Of a stretch of DNA of 64,000 nt, positions 24,513 to 34,661 are shown piece by piece; positions within the stretch are counted from its first letter, which is position 1; every line of letters starts with the position of its first letter. A program made the position numbers and the translations under genes. The notes under the pieces were generated by a model. The model was not told the DNA's origin. It saw only the letters and a program-made list of their open reading frames with translations, and ran no database searches. The stretch comes from Puniceicoccales bacterium (GTDB taxonomy: Bacteria > Verrucomicrobiota > Verrucomicrobiia > Opitutales > UBA9783), in NCBI GenBank assembly GCA_031283895.1, contig JAITAV010000010.1, positions 43,823 through 107,822 of the forward strand. The letters run 5' to 3'.

Positions 24513-25229
24513 CTATTTTCCGTAACGAGCCAACAAAGTTTCATGCAAAGTGAGCCCTGGGCTCATTGTGGTCGAAACCACTGCACGTTTGACAAATTTA
24601 CCTTTCAAAGATGTGGGATGCGCGTGTTGAATAGCTTGCAATGCACTTTCTGCATTTTCTACGAGCTTCTGAATACCTAAAGAACGTTTTCCTATACCCA
24701 TTTGCACATTGGCACTTTTATCCATTTTGAACTCCACACGCCCTTTTTTCAAAGCTTCAATGCAAGTTACCAAGTCGTCTGTTATCGTACCCGTCTTTGG
24801 ATTGGGCATCAACCCACGCGGTCCCAATATACGCGCAACGACTTTTACTTCTTTCATCGCTTCAGGCGTAGCAACGGCCACATCAAAATCCAACCAACCT
24901 TCTTTAACTTTTTCAATCAAATCAGCCAATCCGGCTGCGCAAGCACCCGCACGTACAGCTTCTTCGGGTCTAGTCGTAAACGCAACAACGCGCACCTCTT
25001 TACCGCTACCATGAGGCAGTTGAACAATACCTCTCACCATCTGATCACTTTGCTTGGGATCAACTGCCAAATGCATTGATAATTCAACCGTTTCATCAAA
25101 TTGAGCCGCCGGCATTTCTAACAAACATTGAAAAGCGTCCGCAAGTAATTCGTACGATTTTCCTTCTTTCACTTGTTTCAAAGCTAATCTATAACGTTTA
25201 CTATGTTTTTTCATTGCTTCTCTTACCAT
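24513..25229 (-). CDS. rplA: 50S ribosomal protein L1
   Basis: 238 aa; KKHSKRYRLA..., RILGPRGLMPNPKTGT. An alternative start is ATG 25214 (MKKHSKRY). Confidence 0.96.
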   Translation of the reverse strand: MVREAMKKHSKRYRLALKQVKEGKSYELLADAFQCLLEMPAAQFDETVELSMHLAVDPKQSDQMVRGIVQLPHGSGKEVRVVAFTTRPEEAVRAGACAAGLADLIEKVKEGWLDFDVAVATPEAMKEVKVVARILGPRGLMPNPKTGTITDDLVTCIEALKKGRVEFKMDKSANVQMGIGKRSLGIQKLVENAESALQAIQHAHPTSLKGKFVKRAVVSTTMSPGLTLHETLLARYGK

Positions 25230-25234
25230 TACTA

Positions 25235-25666
25235 TCAGTCTATCACCTGAATACCCATGTTACGGGCCGTTCCCTCAATCATCCGCACAGCACTCTCCAC
25301 AGAGTGTGAATTTAAATCCGATTGCTTGATATTCGCTATTTCTTCCACTTGCTTGCGAGTTACCGTACCTACTTTTATCTTATTGGGTTCTCCCGAACCT
25401 TTTGGAACCTTAGCGGCCTTACACAACAGTATGGATGCCGGAGGCGATTTCAAAATAAACGAAAAAGACTTATCTGCATAAACTGTTATTACTACCGGAA
25501 TCACTAAGCCTGTCTGATCTTTGGTTTGCGCATTAAACTCTTTGCAAAACGCCATAATGTTAACACCCTTCGCCCCCAGCGCTGGTCCCACTGGCGGTGC
25601 AGGATTAGCCGCACCTGCAGGCAACTGCAAACGTATTTCTCCAATAACCTTTTTTTTGATCGACAT
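25235..25666 (-). CDS. rplK: 50S ribosomal protein L11
   Basis: 143 aa; [33 protein letters not shown]. Confidence 0.97.
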   Translation of the reverse strand: MSIKKKVIGEIRLQLPAGAANPAPPVGPALGAKGVNIMAFCKEFNAQTKDQTGLVIPVVITVYADKSFSFILKSPPASILLCKAAKVPKGSGEPNKIKVGTVTRKQVEEIANIKQSDLNSHSVESAVRMIEGTARNMGIQVID

Positions 25667-25683
25667 AACTTAACAACCCATCT

Positions 25684-26259
25684 TCATTCTTTTTCCCTTT
25701 GAACTTGCCAATACTCCAATTCAACGGGGGTGAAACGTCCAAAAATAGAGACTGAAATCTTTAATTTTCCTCTTTCGGGATCCACAACATCAATTTTACC
25801 GGTTAAATTTAAAAATGGCCCATCTATAATTTTAACCATTTCTCCAACTTCATACGCAACCTTCAAAACTTTTTTACCTTTGGTCTCTTCCACTTGTCCC
25901 AGTATGCCTTCCATCTCTCTCTTTTTAAGGGCAATGGGATGGTCTCCTCCCATAAAATTTAAGACTCCCTGAATGTTTTTTACGTACGAAGCAACCTGCT
26001 GTAACATTTCTCCCTTCTCGTCGTAAAGCCGCATATGAAGGAAAATGTAACCCGGATAAAATTTATGAACCTTACTACTCTTTTTACCATTTTTAACCTC
26101 TATGACCGTCTTGGTAGGAACTAAGACGGTCCTTATGTATGCCCCCAATCCCTCAATGGTGGTAAAATGATCCAAATGACGCTTAATTTTTAATTCCTGA
26201 TTAGAAGCCGTTTGAACCGCATACCATTTAAAACTATCATCTTCTGTTACTTCGGTCAT
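25684..26259 (-). CDS. nusG: transcription termination/antitermination factor NusG
   Basis: 191 aa; WYAVQTASNQE NGN domain and C-terminal KOW (GEMVKIIDGPFLNLTGKI). The secE-nusG-rplK order fits. Confidence 0.95.
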   Translation of the reverse strand: MTEVTEDDSFKWYAVQTASNQELKIKRHLDHFTTIEGLGAYIRTVLVPTKTVIEVKNGKKSSKVHKFYPGYIFLHMRLYDEKGEMLQQVASYVKNIQGVLNFMGGDHPIALKKREMEGILGQVEETKGKKVLKVAYEVGEMVKIIDGPFLNLTGKIDVVDPERGKLKISVSIFGRFTPVELEYWQVQREKE

Positions 26260-26297
26260 CTTAATATGTATATTCTCTATTTTGGGGGATTACATGA

Positions 26298-26501
26298 TCA
26301 ACGACTTACACAGCGTATCAATAGATCGACCATTTGAAATAATGAAAAATCGACCATACTTACAAAAAATCCTAAAAATAATACCCCTAATAAGACAATC
26401 ACTGAAGATTTACGCAATTCATACCAACTCGGCCAAGACGCTTTTTTCAATTCTTCGACCATTTCACGTCCAAAAGTACGTATTTTTTTAAAAATTTTCA
26501 T
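26298..26501 (-). CDS. secE: preprotein translocase subunit SecE
   Basis: The track ORF (to 26546) runs into tRNA-Trp. I trimmed it to ATG 26501 (MKIFKKIRTFGREMVEELKKASWPS...), which has a single C-terminal TM. It lies between tRNA-Trp and nusG. Confidence 0.85.
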   Translation of the reverse strand: MKIFKKIRTFGREMVEELKKASWPSWYELRKSSVIVLLGVLFLGFFVSMVDFSLFQMVDLLIRCVSR

Positions 26502-26516
26502 CTTCGTTTTACACCT

Positions 26517-26592
26517 TGGCAGGAGAAGAGGGACTCGAACCCCCAACCGACGGTTTTGGAGACCGCTGCGCTACCAATTGCGCCATTCTCCT
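26517..26592 (-). tRNA. tRNA-Trp (anticodon CCA), 3' CCA encoded
   Basis: The reverse complement AGGAGAATGGCGCAATTGGTAGCGCAGCGGTCTCCAAAACCGTCGGTTGGGGGTTCGAGTCCCTCTTCTCCTGCCA folds as a cloverleaf. The anticodon loop is CTCCAAA. Confidence 0.93.
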
Positions 26593-26683
26593 ATTCGAAA
26601 TTCCACCTTCATGCCCAATAACCTTTCTGGAAGTCTTATTTTTTTTGTCAACGAAAATCGTCCCCAAACGTTACCCCAAGCAC

Positions 26684-27874
26684 TTAGGCAATAACTTCAA
26701 CAATACGTCCTGCACCAATGGTTCTTCCGCCCTCGCGCATGGCAAAACGCTGCCCTTTTTCCATGGCAACCGCCTTCTGCAATTCAATTTCAATGGACAA
26801 ATTGTCCCCCGGCATCACCATTTCGACCCCATCTGGTAAGGCACAAACCCCCGTCACATCGGCTGTACCAAAGAAAAATTGAGGACGGTACCCTTTAAAG
26901 AAAGGCGTATGGCGGCCACCTTCATCTTTTGTTAAAACATAAATCTCGGCCTTAGCCTTCGTATGCGGTGTAATAGACCCAGGTTTCGCCAAAACTTGAC
27001 CGCGTTCGACATCTTTTTTTTCAATACCTCTCAATAAAACACCCACGTTGTCACCTGCCTGCCCACGATCCAACAACTTATGAAACATCTCAACCCCTGT
27101 ACACGTTGTACTGTGCGTTGGACGCAATCCTACAATCTCCACCGTATCACCTACTTTAATGCTACCCCGTTCAATGCGACCCGTTACAACAGTACCTCTT
27201 CCCGTAATGCTAAAAACATCTTCAATGGACATTAAAAAAGGCTTTTCTAAATCGTGCTGAGGCTCAGGAATATCCTTATCAACGGCCTCCAACAAACGGC
27301 TGACGGAATCTACGCCTTCGGGTTTTCCTTCCAAAGCTCCCAAAGCAGACCCACGAATAATCGTAATATCATCACCTTTATATTCGTATTTGTTCAAAAG
27401 GTCCCTAATTTCCATTTCTACCAATTCGAGCAACTCCGGATCATCCACAAGATCTACTTTATTGAGAAAAACAACTAAATTAGGTACGCCTACCTGACGC
27501 GCCAGTAAAATGTGTTCACGGGTTTGAGGCATAGGACCATCGTAGGCACTGACCACCAAGATAGCACCATCCATTTGCGCAGCCCCCGTAATCATATTTT
27601 TTACAAAGTCCGCATGTCCCGGGCAATCTACGTGTGCGTAGTGACGAACCGTCGTTTCATATTCAACGTGTGCAACGGCAATTGTAACGATTTTGGAAGC
27701 ATCCCGAACGGTACCTCCTTTTGCAATTTCTGCATAAGACTTACATTCTGCCAATCCTTTGTCCGATTGAACTTTAAGAATAGCCGTTGTGAGTGTTGTT
27801 TTACCATGGTCCACATGACCAATTGTTCCCACATTAACATGTGGTTTTGTTCTTGCGAAGGTTTCTTTAGCCAT
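26684..27874 (-). CDS. tuf: translation elongation factor Tu
   Basis: 396 aa; [21 protein letters not shown]. It carries the [21 protein letters not shown] variant of the switch-I region. Confidence 0.98.
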   Translation of the reverse strand: MAKETFARTKPHVNVGTIGHVDHGKTTLTTAILKVQSDKGLAECKSYAEIAKGGTVRDASKIVTIAVAHVEYETTVRHYAHVDCPGHADFVKNMITGAAQMDGAILVVSAYDGPMPQTREHILLARQVGVPNLVVFLNKVDLVDDPELLELVEMEIRDLLNKYEYKGDDITIIRGSALGALEGKPEGVDSVSRLLEAVDKDIPEPQHDLEKPFLMSIEDVFSITGRGTVVTGRIERGSIKVGDTVEIVGLRPTHSTTCTGVEMFHKLLDRGQAGDNVGVLLRGIEKKDVERGQVLAKPGSITPHTKAKAEIYVLTKDEGGRHTPFFKGYRPQFFFGTADVTGVCALPDGVEMVMPGDNLSIEIELQKAVAMEKGQRFAMREGGRTIGAGRIVEVIA

Positions 27875-27909
27875 ACAAAAAAATTGAGGTTAAGATAAAA
27901 TTTGGCTGA

Positions 27910-27985
<76 letters not shown>

Positions 27986-28190
27986 AACTTCTCATCCACT
28001 TCTGGCTTTTGACCAAAATACTGTGAAAGTTAAACTTTTGATACCTAATTGCAAACAGTCAACCTTTTATTTAAAAAAATATTAAAAAACAAGGATAATT
28101 AATCTTTTCGATTACCATTGCACGCATCTGAAAATTTTCAAAACGCATGATCATCCTCCATCCCCAATCATTTAACCCATTCAACGTTCT

Positions 28191-28928
28191 TCAAAATACT
28201 TTCACAGCATTTCCCAGACAATGTAACTGCAATTTGATTTCGGCAAACTTATTGCGATAATGCTGACCTTTTGCCCACAACATCACCTTTGACAAGATCC
28301 AATATCTACCATAGTTAAAATAACTTACACGTGTAAAAAGATTCTTTTTAGGTAGGTACAATTGCGACTTATAAAATGGAACATTCCCTTTTTCTATGAT
28401 GGCCACTAAAAATTGTTCCAAATTTTTTTCATTATTCAGCATTGCTTCCCATTTAACAATGGGTTCGCGAAGCATGGCAAGATACTTTGTATCATCTTGA
28501 TCGAGTTCTATCACTTTCCGTATCACAGCATCCAAATTGTCATATTCGTGACAATTAATAAAAGCCTTTGTATTCAACAATGTGCCTATACCTGGATCTC
28601 CCCAATAAATTGGAATAGAATTTGCCATGAAAGGATGTACCAGTTTTTCGGTTACGTAGCCTTCACTGGAAGCATTTTCAAAGGCAATTGTAAACTTATA
28701 ATCTTTGATAAAATCTATCTTACTCTCCCACGCATTACCACCTCCTCGCGGAACAATGGCCCGTTGCATGTTATTTAAAACACGTCCAGGACAATCCACC
28801 TTTTTGTAATGCATTAATTTCTTAGCAAAATCCTGCCTTAAAATGGCTCCGTCGCCTTTGGAAGCATTGCAGTATACAAAATTACAAAACTTTCGATGCA
28901 GACATGTTTGATCCACTTGCAAACGCAT
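28191..28928 (-). CDS. GT10-family alpha-1,3/4-fucosyltransferase-like protein, C-terminal catalytic fragment (gene interrupted by an in-frame TAA)
   Basis: 245 aa; YKFTIAFENASSEGYVTEKLVHPFMANSIPIYWGDP matches the GT10 FxxxFENxxxxxYxTEK...IP(V/I)YxG motif known from Helicobacter FucT. Confidence 0.8.
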   Translation of the reverse strand: MRLQVDQTCLHRKFCNFVYCNASKGDGAILRQDFAKKLMHYKKVDCPGRVLNNMQRAIVPRGGGNAWESKIDFIKDYKFTIAFENASSEGYVTEKLVHPFMANSIPIYWGDPGIGTLLNTKAFINCHEYDNLDAVIRKVIELDQDDTKYLAMLREPIVKWEAMLNNEKNLEQFLVAIIEKGNVPFYKSQLYLPKKNLFTRVSYFNYGRYWILSKVMLWAKGQHYRNKFAEIKLQLHCLGNAVKVF

Positions 28929-28967
28929 ACGTTCACAGGATTTAAAAATCGGAATATCTGAATTATG

Positions 28968-29327
28968 TTAAAAATGACGTGATCCAAAGCGAATTGGATG
29001 GCACGTAATGGCATAATCGCATTCGTTGAAATTGGGCATAACATTTTCTTCCGTGTAAAATATTTTAACGCAATTGGTATATTGCCTAAAAGCATCTCCC
29101 CAGCAGGAATAAAACAAAAAATCAGCGTTCGGGCCTATTTCAACGTGGTAATACTTTTTTAATATAGCAACAAACTTTTGCCCTTGGATATCCGATGGCC
29201 CCGATATACCCGCACAAAAATCGGCAAAAGCAATTCTTATCGTCTGCTTTTCCGCAGGTAGAGCAAACGTTACTGCAAAAGAAATAATAATCAACCAAGC
29301 GATGCGGTTCAAATGTGGCCCCCTCAA
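28968..29327 (-). CDS. GT10-family fucosyltransferase-like protein, N-terminal fragment (ends at in-frame TAA 28970..28968)
   Basis: 119 aa; N-terminal hydrophobic anchor (IAWLIIISFAVTFALPA), then IRIAFADF... and KIFYTEENVMPNFNECDYAI, colinear with the FucT N-domain. TTG start, only 22 nt after tRNA-Leu. Confidence 0.7.
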   Translation of the reverse strand: MRGPHLNRIAWLIIISFAVTFALPAEKQTIRIAFADFCAGISGPSDIQGQKFVAILKKYYHVEIGPNADFLFYSCWGDAFRQYTNCVKIFYTEENVMPNFNECDYAITCHPIRFGSRHF

Positions 29328-29349
29328 TCCTTACGCATATTATAAATGC

Positions 29350-29433
29350 TGGTGCTTGAAAAGGGACTCGAACCCTTACACCTTGCGGCACTAGATCCTA
29401 AGTCTAGCGTGTCTACCATTCCACCATTCAAGC
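29350..29433 (-). tRNA. tRNA-Leu (anticodon TAG), long variable arm, 3' CCA encoded
   Basis: The reverse complement is GCTTGAATGGTGGAATGGTAGACACGCTAGACTTAGGATCTAGTGCCGCAAGGTGTAAGGGTTCGAGTCCCTTTTCAAGCACCA. The anticodon loop is CTTAGGA. Confidence 0.92.
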
Positions 29434-29491
29434 AAAAACATATACTCCTCGCTGCCTTCATAACCCGTACACCTCCATCATCAAAAGTTTT

Positions 29492-31081
29492 TCATTTGAT
29501 GCAAACCTGAACAAAAGATTTAAATAAAGGGTGCGCTGCATGTGGCTTAGATTGGAACTCTGGATGGTATTGCACACCTATAAACCACGGATGTCCTTCC
29601 AATTCAACGGCCTCAATAACGTCTAAGTTGCGGCACATACCAGCAATTTTCAATCCTTTTTCAGTCCAAAGATTGCATAATTGTTTATTAACTTCGTAAC
29701 GATGACGGTGTCGTTCAAAAATGGTATTTGCTTGATAAACCTCTTCCAATAAAGAATGGGGAACTATATTACATTCCATCATGCCCAAACGCATGGATGC
29801 TCCCTTACGCATATTTTCTTTTTGTTCTTCCATAAGACCAATGATGGGTGTCGTAGTTTGCGCATCAAATTCGGTACTGGTTGCGCCTGGTAAGTCGGCA
29901 ACGTGACGTGCAAACTCAATCACAGCCAGTTGCATACCCAAACAAATTCCTAAATAAGGAATGCCTTTTTCGCGCGCGTAACGGATCGCCATTATTTTCC
30001 CCTCAATGCCTCTTATCCCAAAACCTCCGGGGACTAAAATTCCGTCTAGATCTTTTAAATTCTTGTCCACACGATTTTGCTCCAACCATTCCGCATCTAT
30101 CGGTTTCACTTCGACGGTACACTCATTGGCAATGCCCGCGTGAAATAAAGCTTCATAAATAGATTTATAAGCATCCTTTAAATCAACATATTTGCCGATT
30201 ACACCAATTTTTACACGGTACTTGGGAGAGCAGATCTTACTCACAATCGTTTTCCACGTATTTAAATTGGAGGGACGATAAGGCATTCCAAAATGCGCTA
30301 AAACCAATTGATCTAACTTTTCCTTATGTAAACAAAGCGGTAATTCATAAATGGAGATTTCAACATCCTTTTCCTCAATCACCGACTCCACCGAAACGTT
30401 GCAAAACAAACTTAACTTCTGCCGAATAGATTTTTCAAGCGGCCTTTCGGTTCTACAAACCAAAATATCCGGCTGAATGCCAATTTCACGTAATTTTGCA
30501 ACGCTCTGCTGAGAAGGTTTTGTTTTCAACTCCGAAGAAGCTTTTAAAAATGGGACTAACGTAACGTGCAAAAATAAAACATTGGTTCGACCAAAATCCA
30601 AAACTAATTGCCTCAATGCCTCCAAAAAAGGTAACCCTTCAATATCGCCAACCACACCCCCAATTTCGGTAATTAAAATATCCGTGTCATCGTTGGCTCC
30701 CGATAAAATACGCATTTTAATTTCATCTGTAACATGCGGAATAACTTGAACCGTATTACCCAAATATTGTCCTTGCCGCTCTTTCTTAAGCACACTTTCA
30801 TAAATTTGACCCGAAGAAACACTGTGCTTTCTGGACAAAGCAACGTTGGTAAAACGTTCGTAATGCCCCAAATCCAAATCGGTTTCCGCTCCATCTTTTA
30901 AAACGTATACCTCTCCGTGTTGAAATGGACTCATGGTTCCCGGATCCACATTTAAATAAGGATCAAATTTTTGTAACCCTATGCGTAATCCTTGTTCCTC
31001 CAACAGGGCCCCCAAAGATGCTGCCGTTAGACCTTTTCCTAACGACGATACAACGCCTCCCGTCACAAAAACCAATTTCAT
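29492..31081 (-). CDS. pyrG: CTP synthase
   Basis: The track ORF starts at GTG 31123. I trimmed it to ATG 31081, giving the canonical MKLVFVTGGVVSSLGKG. The GATase domain has GICLGMQ. Confidence 0.95.
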   Translation of the reverse strand: MKLVFVTGGVVSSLGKGLTAASLGALLEEQGLRIGLQKFDPYLNVDPGTMSPFQHGEVYVLKDGAETDLDLGHYERFTNVALSRKHSVSSGQIYESVLKKERQGQYLGNTVQVIPHVTDEIKMRILSGANDDTDILITEIGGVVGDIEGLPFLEALRQLVLDFGRTNVLFLHVTLVPFLKASSELKTKPSQQSVAKLREIGIQPDILVCRTERPLEKSIRQKLSLFCNVSVESVIEEKDVEISIYELPLCLHKEKLDQLVLAHFGMPYRPSNLNTWKTIVSKICSPKYRVKIGVIGKYVDLKDAYKSIYEALFHAGIANECTVEVKPIDAEWLEQNRVDKNLKDLDGILVPGGFGIRGIEGKIMAIRYAREKGIPYLGICLGMQLAVIEFARHVADLPGATSTEFDAQTTTPIIGLMEEQKENMRKGASMRLGMMECNIVPHSLLEEVYQANTIFERHRHRYEVNKQLCNLWTEKGLKIAGMCRNLDVIEAVELEGHPWFIGVQYHPEFQSKPHAAHPLFKSFVQVCIK

Positions 31082-31279
31082 CGACCTGTTCATACCTCTT
31101 GACAACGATTTTGAATCAAGCACAAAACTTCGATAACATCAAGTATGTATCCTCAAATTCATCAAAAGGTTTTCTGTTACAATACCGTAATCTCTCTAAA
31201 ACATAAATCATTCTCCTGATACGGCATACGGTACTTAATTTTGATTTGTAAAACAGAAAATCTAAAATAGAATAAGTGT

Positions 31280-31753
31280 ATGCATATTTTTATAGGAGCC
31301 GACCACGGGGGTTTTGAACTTAAACAAAAAATTGTACATTGGCTGCAACAAAATCGATATCTCGTCGAAGATGTGGAACCTTCTGCGCAAAACCCCTGCG
31401 ACTACCCTTTAATTGCTCAAAAAGTTGCTCTGCGCGTACAAAACAATGATCAACATTTGGGTATCCTTATCTGCACTTCAGGCATTGGCATGTGCATCAT
31501 GGCCAACAAATTCAAAAATGTTAGGGCAGCACTCGTACATACCCCTGAAGCAACACAAAAAGCGCGCGAACATAACCACATCAATATTCTTTGCCTTGCA
31601 GGCACCCTAGATGCTGATACCGCCTACCTCATTGTTCAAAAATGCTTGATGGCCACACCCAGCATGGAATCCCGACATCTAAGGCGCCTAAAACAAATTC
31701 AAGATATTGAAGATCTACAAAAAGCATCCAGCAGACATCGTTGCAAGACATAG
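31280..31753 (+). CDS. rpiB: ribose-5-phosphate isomerase B (RpiB/LacAB family)
   Basis: 157 aa; IFIGADHGGFELKQ, DYPLIAQKVA, GILICTSGIGMCIMANKF, ARAHNHINILCLAG-like segment. Confidence 0.88.
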   Translation: MHIFIGADHGGFELKQKIVHWLQQNRYLVEDVEPSAQNPCDYPLIAQKVALRVQNNDQHLGILICTSGIGMCIMANKFKNVRAALVHTPEATQKAREHNHINILCLAGTLDADTAYLIVQKCLMATPSMESRHLRRLKQIQDIEDLQKASSRHRCKT

Positions 31754-31885
31754 GCATTTTGCTCAACAAGAGCATTGCTAAAAAATCACTTCGACACTTC
31801 TACAAATCATTTTTTCACGATACCGACATCGCCTCTTGTGTCTTCTGATTTGCATTTCTATCGCATTCACCTAAGACTTAACCCA

Positions 31886-33643
31886 ATGCTACAAAAAAAA
31901 CAACGAGGCAGTCTCATATTAGGTATCATGCTACTAAGTACCCTTGGCGCCCTCGTATTCGTCTGTACCTACAAGCAAAATTCTCTGCATAAACAATGGG
32001 TATTCAAAATAAATGCACTACGAGCAGAAAAATTAGCCTTATGGACCTGCCATCACGCACTTAAAAAGTTGTCGAAAAAAGCTACAGCCGATACCATAGC
32101 CACCTATTGTGATGAAAATCCAACACGCCCCATCGTCCAATTTTATGATACATTGAATGGTAATCACTTAAAACCTATCGTGTCCAAAGGTGAATCATCC
32201 ATTCAGGTCAATGTCGATAAAAATAAACGCAATCCCATAGCGTTATCTCTGGAGCAAAAAACAAACAACGTTGCAATCGCTTATGGTATATTAGAAGGAG
32301 ATCTTCTTAAAAATCATACCGACAAAATTCCAATTTGTAATGCAAAACAGGGAGGCTTACGCGAACTTTTTAGTGAAGCAATCTGTAAGTCACCTCCCAA
32401 AAATTTTCCAGGCTCAGAAGCATTATGGAACAAAAACCGCCAGAGACTTCTAAATCTTGAAGACACTCATCAACCCTTAAGTACCATGAATGGTTTTTTG
32501 CCCGTTTTACTTCGTTCTACACTAAGTTTCAGCGAACAAAGCATAACCGTAGAAAACCTTTGGTGGAACCCTTATGATCGAGAATTGCAGGGTGTAATGG
32601 ATTTTCAAATTACACTTGTAATACACTCAGACAGTGGACATACCGCCACCTATCCTACATTTCAATCAACCATAAACATACAACCTGGAAATGTGCATCC
32701 GGATAACCCAGTTAATCTGCCCATCGACCTCAAAGATAAAAAAAATATTTTTCTCAATAGCCTACAAATTCAAACGGGTACTTCGTGTAATCAATGCACG
32801 TATCATATGGATCATATTGCATGTGATCGCTTACCAAAAACGATTACGATATCCTTAAACATTGATGCGCATTGTGATTTTCACGCCATTAACTTGTGGG
32901 CATCTCCCAATGAGATTCCTACCATAGCATCTTCTACCAAGCAGCCTGGATGGAAAAAATCTAAACCATCAGCACCTCAGGTGAAGTCAACACCAAGTAC
33001 CCAACGTTTATGGACATTGGACGAAAAGTTCAAAGACTTCTCTTTTCTATCAAAACAAACGCCTTACTTGACACAAACCTCCTTTCAACGCATGCAAGCT
33101 TGCTTTCTGAAACCTGACCAAATACCGTATGCCTGCATTGGTTGGCCAAATACAGATGGGAATGATCGCATCGGTGCTTACAATCAATTTTTCTGGGATT
33201 ATTACCATTGTGCTCACGCCATGCCACCCCTGAATGTAAACACCGTATCTAACGACTGGTGCATGTATTTTGAAGACGTTTTTAAATCGTTAGGATACGC
33301 GCACAATGCCTCAGCTTTAGAGTATTTTATAGAGAAATTGCGGGCACACGTTGTAAAAAGGAGGCCCTTCCTATCCATAGAACAATTTATTCAATCGGGC
33401 ATTTTGCAAACAACACTTAATGAAGTAGATGAATTTAAAAAGGTTCGCCAAAGCGATATACTTTCCTATTTAAAAAATCCTTTATCGGTACGTTCTGAAT
33501 GCTTTATCATCATCGGCACTGCCGTTGTAAAAAATGGTGGCGAAACTTTTCAAAAAACCTGTAAAATGCTTGTCCACCGCGAAGCTTCAGCTTCAGACGC
33601 AACAAAACGTCTATGGGTAATCGACGGTATTGCCTGGCTGTAA
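31886..33643 (+). CDS. large hypothetical membrane-anchored protein, GspK-like minor pseudopilin candidate
   Basis: The track ORF starts at TTG 31775; ATG 31886 gives MLQKKQRGSLILGIMLLSTLGALVF, a pseudopilin-type N-terminus lacking Glu+5. PPLNVNTV resembles the GspK INxNTA motif. The C-terminus (RRPFLSIEQFIQSG... SVRSECFIIIGTAVVKNG...MLVHRE) is also GspK-like. Confidence 0.35.
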   Translation: MLQKKQRGSLILGIMLLSTLGALVFVCTYKQNSLHKQWVFKINALRAEKLALWTCHHALKKLSKKATADTIATYCDENPTRPIVQFYDTLNGNHLKPIVSKGESSIQVNVDKNKRNPIALSLEQKTNNVAIAYGILEGDLLKNHTDKIPICNAKQGGLRELFSEAICKSPPKNFPGSEALWNKNRQRLLNLEDTHQPLSTMNGFLPVLLRSTLSFSEQSITVENLWWNPYDRELQGVMDFQITLVIHSDSGHTATYPTFQSTINIQPGNVHPDNPVNLPIDLKDKKNIFLNSLQIQTGTSCNQCTYHMDHIACDRLPKTITISLNIDAHCDFHAINLWASPNEIPTIASSTKQPGWKKSKPSAPQVKSTPSTQRLWTLDEKFKDFSFLSKQTPYLTQTSFQRMQACFLKPDQIPYACIGWPNTDGNDRIGAYNQFFWDYYHCAHAMPPLNVNTVSNDWCMYFEDVFKSLGYAHNASALEYFIEKLRAHVVKRRPFLSIEQFIQSGILQTTLNEVDEFKKVRQSDILSYLKNPLSVRSECFIIIGTAVVKNGGETFQKTCKMLVHREASASDATKRLWVIDGIAWL

Positions 33644-33656
33644 AATATCTCATCCG

Positions 33657-34397
33657 TTAAAGTGGCGTAGCATCTTTAGATTTTAAATAAATACGGTGTT
33701 CCTGCAACGCAATTTCCAAGTAGGCAACCGCAAAACAAATATTGGCAGTCGTCACACAAAATTTTGCATTGGCCACCCCGACCAAAGCGTACCATAAGGC
33801 GCACATACTTAGACAAATTTGAGGAATTGCGCGGTTCATATCCCGTCTTACCATGGCAAAATAAGGTGCTAAACAAATAAGAGGGAAAGCCCAAAGTGAT
33901 GTTCCGCCTGCAGCTAAGCCGGCATGCAGCATCCCAAGCGCTATGAGCACAATGGGTTCCTTTAAAAGGGCCAACAATAAAGGCGTCAAAGAATGCGTAC
34001 ATTTTATTTCTTTTAAAATTTTTCCAAAACTCGGAAGTACATCCAAAATACCTTTATTGAGTCGATGGGCCATGAGTAAATTTGCGAAGCCAAAACAAAC
34101 ACTGCAAACAAAACCTACAAAAGCTTCGTTAATCATCGCGAATAAAGCCACCATTAAACAAGCGTAGCCCATCATTTCCAATCCCCAACAGGGATCGTTA
34201 CCAGCTTGCTGCAAAACACCCAAAATGCCTTTCCAATTTTTTTGCGTACACGTCACCAACCAGCGACTCAAGACGATGAGCATCAACGTCATCACCATAA
34301 CCACAAAGGCCAATGGACTGACTAAAGCAAAAAGACACGTATTCCCCAGAGCAAAAAAAGTTCCCGGATCCTTCAAAATCAAACGAATCATATTCAT
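33657..34397 (-). CDS. hypothetical polytopic inner-membrane protein
   Basis: 246 aa with about 6 hydrophobic helices and no recognisable family motif. It is convergent with the previous gene (13-nt gap). Confidence 0.5.
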   Translation of the reverse strand: MNMIRLILKDPGTFFALGNTCLFALVSPLAFVVMVMTLMLIVLSRWLVTCTQKNWKGILGVLQQAGNDPCWGLEMMGYACLMVALFAMINEAFVGFVCSVCFGFANLLMAHRLNKGILDVLPSFGKILKEIKCTHSLTPLLLALLKEPIVLIALGMLHAGLAAGGTSLWAFPLICLAPYFAMVRRDMNRAIPQICLSMCALWYALVGVANAKFCVTTANICFAVAYLEIALQEHRIYLKSKDATPL

Positions 34398-34661
34398 CTA
34401 GATCACCGTAGCATTATAGGATGCTTTTGACAACAAACAAGTAAAAGTACAAGTTTTTTTAATTCCAGCGCTTGCAATTTTTCAAATATATTCTTTGGGA
34501 ACGTACATTTTTACTGCCACAACATTACAATCTCTCTACGAGTAAAATCCCCCAGGCGGAGAAATTAAATTCGATACAAGATTTAACCCCTATTCACTTT
34601 TTGAGTCGCATACGGACTTGTTTTGCAAAGTTACAAAAGGTGTAAATTATGATCTCACACT

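Noticed and set aside
26516-26839. 107-aa plus-strand ORF, plus the 5' 45 nt of the 82-aa secE track ORF.
   Set aside because: Both run through the tRNA-Trp gene (26517..26592). secE was trimmed to ATG 26501 and the plus-strand ORF discarded.
29140-29391. 83-aa minus-strand ORF overlapping tRNA-Leu and the fucosyltransferase N-terminus.
   Set aside because: It reads through the tRNA-Leu gene and lies out of frame with the GT10-homologous frame.
27986-29491. A genomic island with integrase or direct repeats at the tRNA-Thr/tRNA-Leu slot.
   Set aside because: No integrase or transposase ORF is present, and I could see no duplicated tRNA 3' segment. Only the single interrupted GT10 gene occupies the slot, so I report it as an insertion-like locus and not as a mobile element.
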